A DNA stretch of 64,000 bases from the human T2T-CHM13v2.0 reference genome, Homo sapiens, in the NCBI RefSeq assembly GCF_009914755.1, contig NC_060931.1. One strand, 5' to 3'. The notes under the pieces were generated by a model that did not search any database, was not told where the DNA came from, and saw only the letters and a list, made by a program, of their open reading frames with translations. The position numbers and the translations under genes were made by a program. Below are positions 57,451 to 64,000 of the stretch, piece by piece; position 1 is the stretch's first letter; every line of letters starts with the position of its first letter.

Positions 57451-60118
57451 AAATTGGGTCTGGTTTAGACTCTCAGAATTTCTTAATAATTAAACACTTT
57501 ATCATGACAAGACTTTCAGGACCTTAAAGGCCACAGTGGGGTAGTTATCATTTCACTAGGTCCTCATCTGGGGAGGTCCTTGGCATTTTTACTGGAATAT
57601 ATTTGTCACTCAAATTTCTATTACAAAAAATTCTTTCTTGCACACTGCTTTAGCAACTACATGAGATATACTTTGTACATAGCACAAATCTCATATCACT
57701 TATGTAATCCAGCTCTGTGGTTCCTTTCTTTCCTTTGCCTGTTTATTTTTAATTCTTCCCAAGAGGAAGCTTAGCCAGTTAGAACACCAGAGTATCATCC
57801 CCCTCCCCCTTTTCCCACCTGAGTTCATGGCTTAGACATACTAGGAATGAAGCTGACAACATGCACTAGTTTTTTTCGAAATTATGCAGCAAAATTCCCA
57901 AAGTGCGAGTGGCCACAGAGATCTTCACAGGGCCCAGGGACAGGCAGGCATCATTCTTTCTCCAGTTCCTGGCACAGAAAAGAGACCTTAGGTTACTGAG
58001 AAGATACCAGTCCCTCCTCAGAGCAGACAAGGAAACTGAGCCTCAGAATGAAAGACTGAATTTCAGTCCTTTCTTGAACATGGACCTCCAGGGTTATATT
58101 GGGCCTTGGAAAAGGCACTTACACTCTGGACTGTAGTTTCTTCATCTATAAAATCAAGAGGCAGAAACAGACAATCTCTAAGTTGCCTTTATTTATAAAA
58201 TTCCGAGATTCTAGTTGACCAGTATTCATACAAGAGTTGAAGCCTGTAAGAGTGCAGAAAGCCCACACAAAGAGACAGTGGAAGACCTCTCATCAGTAGT
58301 ATTTTTATTACCCTCTTCCTAGGTTTTACCAGTCAACATCCTCACTGTTAATATACAGACCGTGGTATTTAATTAAATCATCTTTGAAATACTGAGCTAT
58401 CAACAGATGGCATGCTGAATGCAAAAGGACCACAAATAAATATTTGGTACTGAAGAAGATCAAGAGTTGGAGTTCATTTCCCATTCTGATCTGGGCTCAG
58501 AACTCTGTGGTCTTCCCTCTAATCATCCTTGCCACCAAATTGGCTGTATCTGTTCTAAGATGGATCAGAAAATCAGTTCCAAAGTTGGCTACAAACTTTC
58601 AGGTTTGGGTTTTGTTTTGTTTTTTTGTTTTGTTTTGTTTTGTTTTTGCAACCAGCCAATTCATCTTAGTTCACATGACAGAGAAGTGCATAATTACTTG
58701 CAACTTTAGTTAGAGCAGTGGCCTTAAGAAGGTCTAGCTAAATAAAAAGTGCTCAGACTTTCTGAGTGCTGACAGTTGTCAAATTCACCTAGTTCACATG
58801 GCCCCATTTCTATCGTTTGTTTTGTTTTGTTTTTGTTTTTTAACAGCCCATCTGTGAGCAATAGGATCAGATGACTAAGAGCTACAGGGCAGAAACACTG
58901 TTACTTAGAGTCAAATTTTCCCATTACCTAGCTGTAAAGAGTTTGTTTCTCTCTGACTCATATAAAGTTTACCATTTAGGCCCCTGCATGATTTTAATTC
59001 CATCACTTAACACCCCAGCCATATGATTCTGAAGGTAAACATGAAGGCGTTTGAATTCCAGACCACCTAAACATTCTTAAGGAAATCATCATCTCCACGG
59101 GCAGAGCTATGCCAAAATCTGTAGGTTTTAACTCAAATTTCATGATAAGCAAAAATTGAATTAATTTGTCTTCCATTTTGTTCACCTTTTTGCCAAAATT
59201 ATGCCTGGATTAGAATAAATAAATTCAATCAATGAATGCAATCACTAATTCTTACGCCAGATAATAACACATTCAGAATTCTCCTTTCCCTGGGAGATTT
59301 TATCAGGTTAGTGTTCTTGTAAACAGGAGAAAGAGAAAAATATAACTTAGTAAATAGCAGTATTCACTAATTCATTCATTTATTCAACAAATATTAATTT
59401 ACTACCTACTACATTCCAGGGAGCTTAGAGTCTAGTATCAGAAATAATAACCACACACACACATACACACACACTCCATTAAATAAGGATGTGATAGGCT
59501 AGATGAAATAAATAAATAAATAAAAGGTCCAGGTGAGAAAAGAAGGTGGGGGCTAGAAAGAAGTCATTGAAGAAAAAACATTTAGGTTAAAACATTATGA
59601 ATAACTTAGAGTGAGCCAAGTGCAGAGTGCTGAAGGAGTGCTCCAGGCAAAATCAACAGCAAATGGGGAGTCCTTGATGTAGAAAAGGGTTTGAGGAATT
59701 GTCCTGGGAGAAATACTCAAGATTCCAGTCTGAATTCTAGAGGTTAGTGATTTAGAGAGGCAAGTACGAAAATGACTTCCTCTCTTACCTTAAAAGTAAG
59801 TGCACCATAGAAGGAAATCACCCTTCCTTGGTAATAATTCCTGAGTGAGCCTGAGAAGCCAGAGGCCATCTCTATTTTATAGGCACTGTCCCCTTTTCAG
59901 TTACCCATGGCTAGCTCATTGACCTTGTCCTGGTCGTTTCCTCATTTCACTTACTCCATCCTCAAAACGTAGACGCTTCATAAATATTGTATAAATGAAT
60001 GAACTCACAAAGTCACAGTACAGCAAGGCAAAAGTGCCTGCAATAAACAAGCATTCTAGGCTAGAAATATTTCTCAACTTCAAATTGTGTCTTATTACAT
60101 TGTATTCCGATTTTCTAG

Positions 60119-60352
60119 AGTGGTAGTTCTCAGTCAAGGGAAAGTTTTTCTTCCCTTCCAGGGGATATTTGGCATTGTCTGGAGATAGTTTTAGTTGTCA
60201 CGATTTGGGGGATGCTTCTGGCTCAACTTGGGTAGAGAAGCGGGGATGCTTATAATCATCCTACAGTGCACAGGACAGTACCCCCACCCACACTCCAGTA
60301 ATGAAGAATCATTAGACCTAAAATGTTAATGGTGTCCAGGTAGAAAAACCCT
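60119..60352. mobile_element. MER20
   Basis: ccaggggatatttggcattgtctggagatagttttagttgtcac...catcctacagtgcacaggacag. Confidence 0.8.
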
Positions 60353-61369
60353 GTTGTAGAGGTTGGGGACTGCGTCTTGACAGCCACATTATACAGTGTA
60401 TCAAACAATTCTGTATAATGGGCTGTAATTATCCTTGCCTAGATTTTGCAAGAACCCTAGTGTGTATCTTTTTCCTCACTTGCCAAGCAATGTTCAAACC
60501 TGCAGAGATTTATTTCATTCATTTTCTGTGTGTTTAGTAAACAGACTAGAAGCACTGGAGGAAAAAATATTCCAGCAATGAGGTAAGACGAAAGCTATTA
60601 GTAACCCTAGTTTAACTTAGCTGAATAGTAGGAAACAACCTCTACCGTGAGGAAGTGTATTGTAGAAACTGAAAAGACGCTAATGATGTTTAAAAAGCTG
60701 TAGTTCAAACAAATGTGCATGCAGACCAATGGGTAGACTGAAAATGATGAAGACATTTCCGTTTCTTGTGTCTTTGATAGAAAAGAAAGAGCTTTTATTT
60801 TCTTTAGTGTGGCAATCATTCAGATTTGTCCCATGACATGCCCAGAAGGTTGAAGAATAACAAACTCCCAAGTGTAAACACAGAATTTAGCGAAGAATCC
60901 AGGCCTCTGGATGAATCCCTGTAATTGCATGTTTGGATAAAATAAGATTTTCATACATTAAACAAGGTAGGATTTTTCTATCTGGGACGGAACTTTCAAC
61001 ACTTGGAGGGGTTGTAGTTATTTCTCCTCAAAGATGGCAAACATGAGTGCCCCGAGTTATCCCTCCTCTCTGTTCAAGTTCGCTAACTAATCACCCAGTA
61101 TCCATGCTATCGCTGGCCCTTCTGTGGCCTATTTTTATACTGTTCACTGTTCAGTGTCACTTGTTTGGTAACACTCAACATCAACATGTGCTACCAAATT
61201 GACACCAGAGGACAAAAAAGAATCAAGATATGTACAGCCTGCTTTGTACTGAGCCAGCTGCCACTAGATGTTTTTTGTGATAATGAACACGTGAGGCCAT
61301 GTGGACGCGAGAGATGGCTCCGGGTTCCCTCAGACGGCTCACAGCCAGCTGGTCTGCAGTGCGGTTTTA

Positions 61370-62274
<905 letters not shown>

Positions 62275-62789
62275 GGATGGAAACTAGAAACGGGTATGTT
62301 TTTATCAGTGTAGAAAGATTTAGCTTAATTTTTCAAAGTGTAATAAAAACCCCAGGAAAACTCATACTCCCTCCTAAGAAGAGCAAAAGATGGAGAAACC
62401 CGATGGTTACCTTCAAACAAAAGGAAAGGAGGAATAAGATGAAAAGGAATTAATCCAAAGCAAAGAGAGTGGCTTATATGGAATGTTGGTGCAACTTTCT
62501 CTGACACATCTGTGCACTCATCAGCTGGGGCATCATCTCCCTGGGGTACATTTGGTCACTGTGTGCCTCATGGTAATAAACTCCAGAAGCCTCATTGACT
62601 TGCTAGAGATGAGCTCATCCTTCTTGCTTGCTTAATGGCAAAATACAAAATAAGCAGTCACTGACATGGAACGATTTCAGGAATGCCAAAAGGTTCTCCT
62701 TTTCCAAAATATCTCTTCCATCTTCCCAATACTGTTACTGACATCACTAACACCTCTCCACTTCCGGTTGAGACACCTGGGCCAGAGCT

Positions 62790-62990
62790 CCTGATGTGGC
62801 AGGCAGTGCCCTAAACGTTTTGCATAAATTAACTGATGCCCAGAGCAACAACCCTAAGATATAGGTACTATCATACCGCATCTTACAGATAAGAAACTTA
62901 GGCACAAAGAGGTTTAGTAGTTTAGATGAGATAACCCTGATGAGCAGAGATTCGAACCCAGCCTCCATGCTATTAACCAGGACATCATAT
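62790..62990 (-). mobile_element. MIR
   Basis: catcttacagataagaaacttaggcacaaagagg...gattcgaaccca. Confidence 0.7.
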
Positions 62991-63107
62991 TGCCTTTCAT
63001 ACATGCTCTTCAAAGGCAACACAGTAATCGATTATCACACTCACTCACATCTGATTGTCACATTTTTCAGATCTGCTCTCCTAGCAGAGAATGAAGCCTA
63101 AGGTATC

Positions 63108-63280
63108 CTTGTTTCTCAAAGTGTCCTCCCCAGACCAGCTGCATCAAAATGAGGGGATGAGGTGCAAATGCCTGGACCCTGCCCTTGGAGCACTGATTCA
63201 TAATCTCAAGTCCCAAGAATCTGCATTTTAACAAGCATCCCCAGAAATTTCTTAAGTATACTAATGTATGGGAACCACTG
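63108..63280. mobile_element. MER5A-like
   Basis: tttctcaaagtgt...gaatctgcattttaacaagcatcccca...ggaaccactg. Confidence 0.7.
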
Positions 63281-64000
63281 ACACTAAAGAAATGGAATAA
63301 GGGGAACGTACAATGTTACAGTAAACCAGGAAAAGCCAGAAAGACATGACAACACAGTGAGGACTCTGGTAGCCAATGGTCAGTCAAATGCCCAGGGGCC
63401 CTGGCCAGAAGAGAGTTAGGTTGCTGAGGAGTAAGAGTGATGCTGAATGTGGAGGCTTGAGAGCAGAAGGAAGCCAGCCAGCTATATCCTCTTGCTTGGA
63501 TCACACACCCTTTCCTTGGTGGAAATGGTTATTTGCAGAGTTAGAGAAGGCATGTTTTACAGTTTGGATGGCAGGTATGGATGTAGACAATAAAGAGCAA
63601 CCAGAGTCCATGGGTTCAGAAATCCCCATGTGTTTCTGTTTGAATGAGACGCTTGCATAAACAGCACAAGGAGTTTGGGGTGGGGTTAAAGAGAATGGTG
63701 TGGTATAGGGAGAGCTGAATGAGGAACTGAGAGAGCAAAATCCTGTGTTTGGTTCAATCACTGATTACAACCTCCCTGAGGCTCGGTCTCCTAATCTGTA
63801 AAATGGGGGGAAATAATACCTGCCTTGCAGGTCCTCACACACAGGGCATGATGTGAATCCACTGAGGCATATAGCACTGTGTAACATGAGTTATTGCTAT
63901 TCCAAGGCCCGTAAAAGGCTCTTGCCTTGGAATATATCTGCCACACCAATGCCTGCAGTCCATTAATGACACATAAAGGACACTGGAGATAACGATGTCC

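Overview
Human genomic DNA (an AluYb8 insertion, a human-specific subfamily, is present) from the tandem caveolin locus, known to be at 7q31.2. The window holds the complete CAV2 gene on the + strand (three coding exons: 14850-14999, 15328-15515, 21036-21186; 162 aa; 3'UTR to about 23.6 kb), about 16 kb of intergenic DNA, and the 5' part of CAV1 on the + strand (exon 1 CDS 40095-40124, exon 2 41559-41723). The long CAV1 intron 2 runs off the window and exon 3 is not present. Both genes start in CpG islands. The rest is ordinary primate repeat-rich DNA (Alu, L1, L2, L3, MIR, MaLR LTRs, hAT/Tigger DNA transposons, microsatellites), which explains most of the ORF track. I see no convincing new multi-gene system. 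The most interesting observations are: a ~210-bp local duplication in CAV1 intron 2 with an unusually conserved 5' end, next to the AluYb8; dual-frame coding of CAV2 exon 3, carrying the Q130E allele; an in-frame uORF separated from the CAV1 start by a single TAA; phase compatibility for a CAV2-CAV1 read-through chimera; an ISRE-like palindrome; and candidate enhancer modules. Repeat subfamily names and most repeat boundaries were assigned by eye and are approximate.
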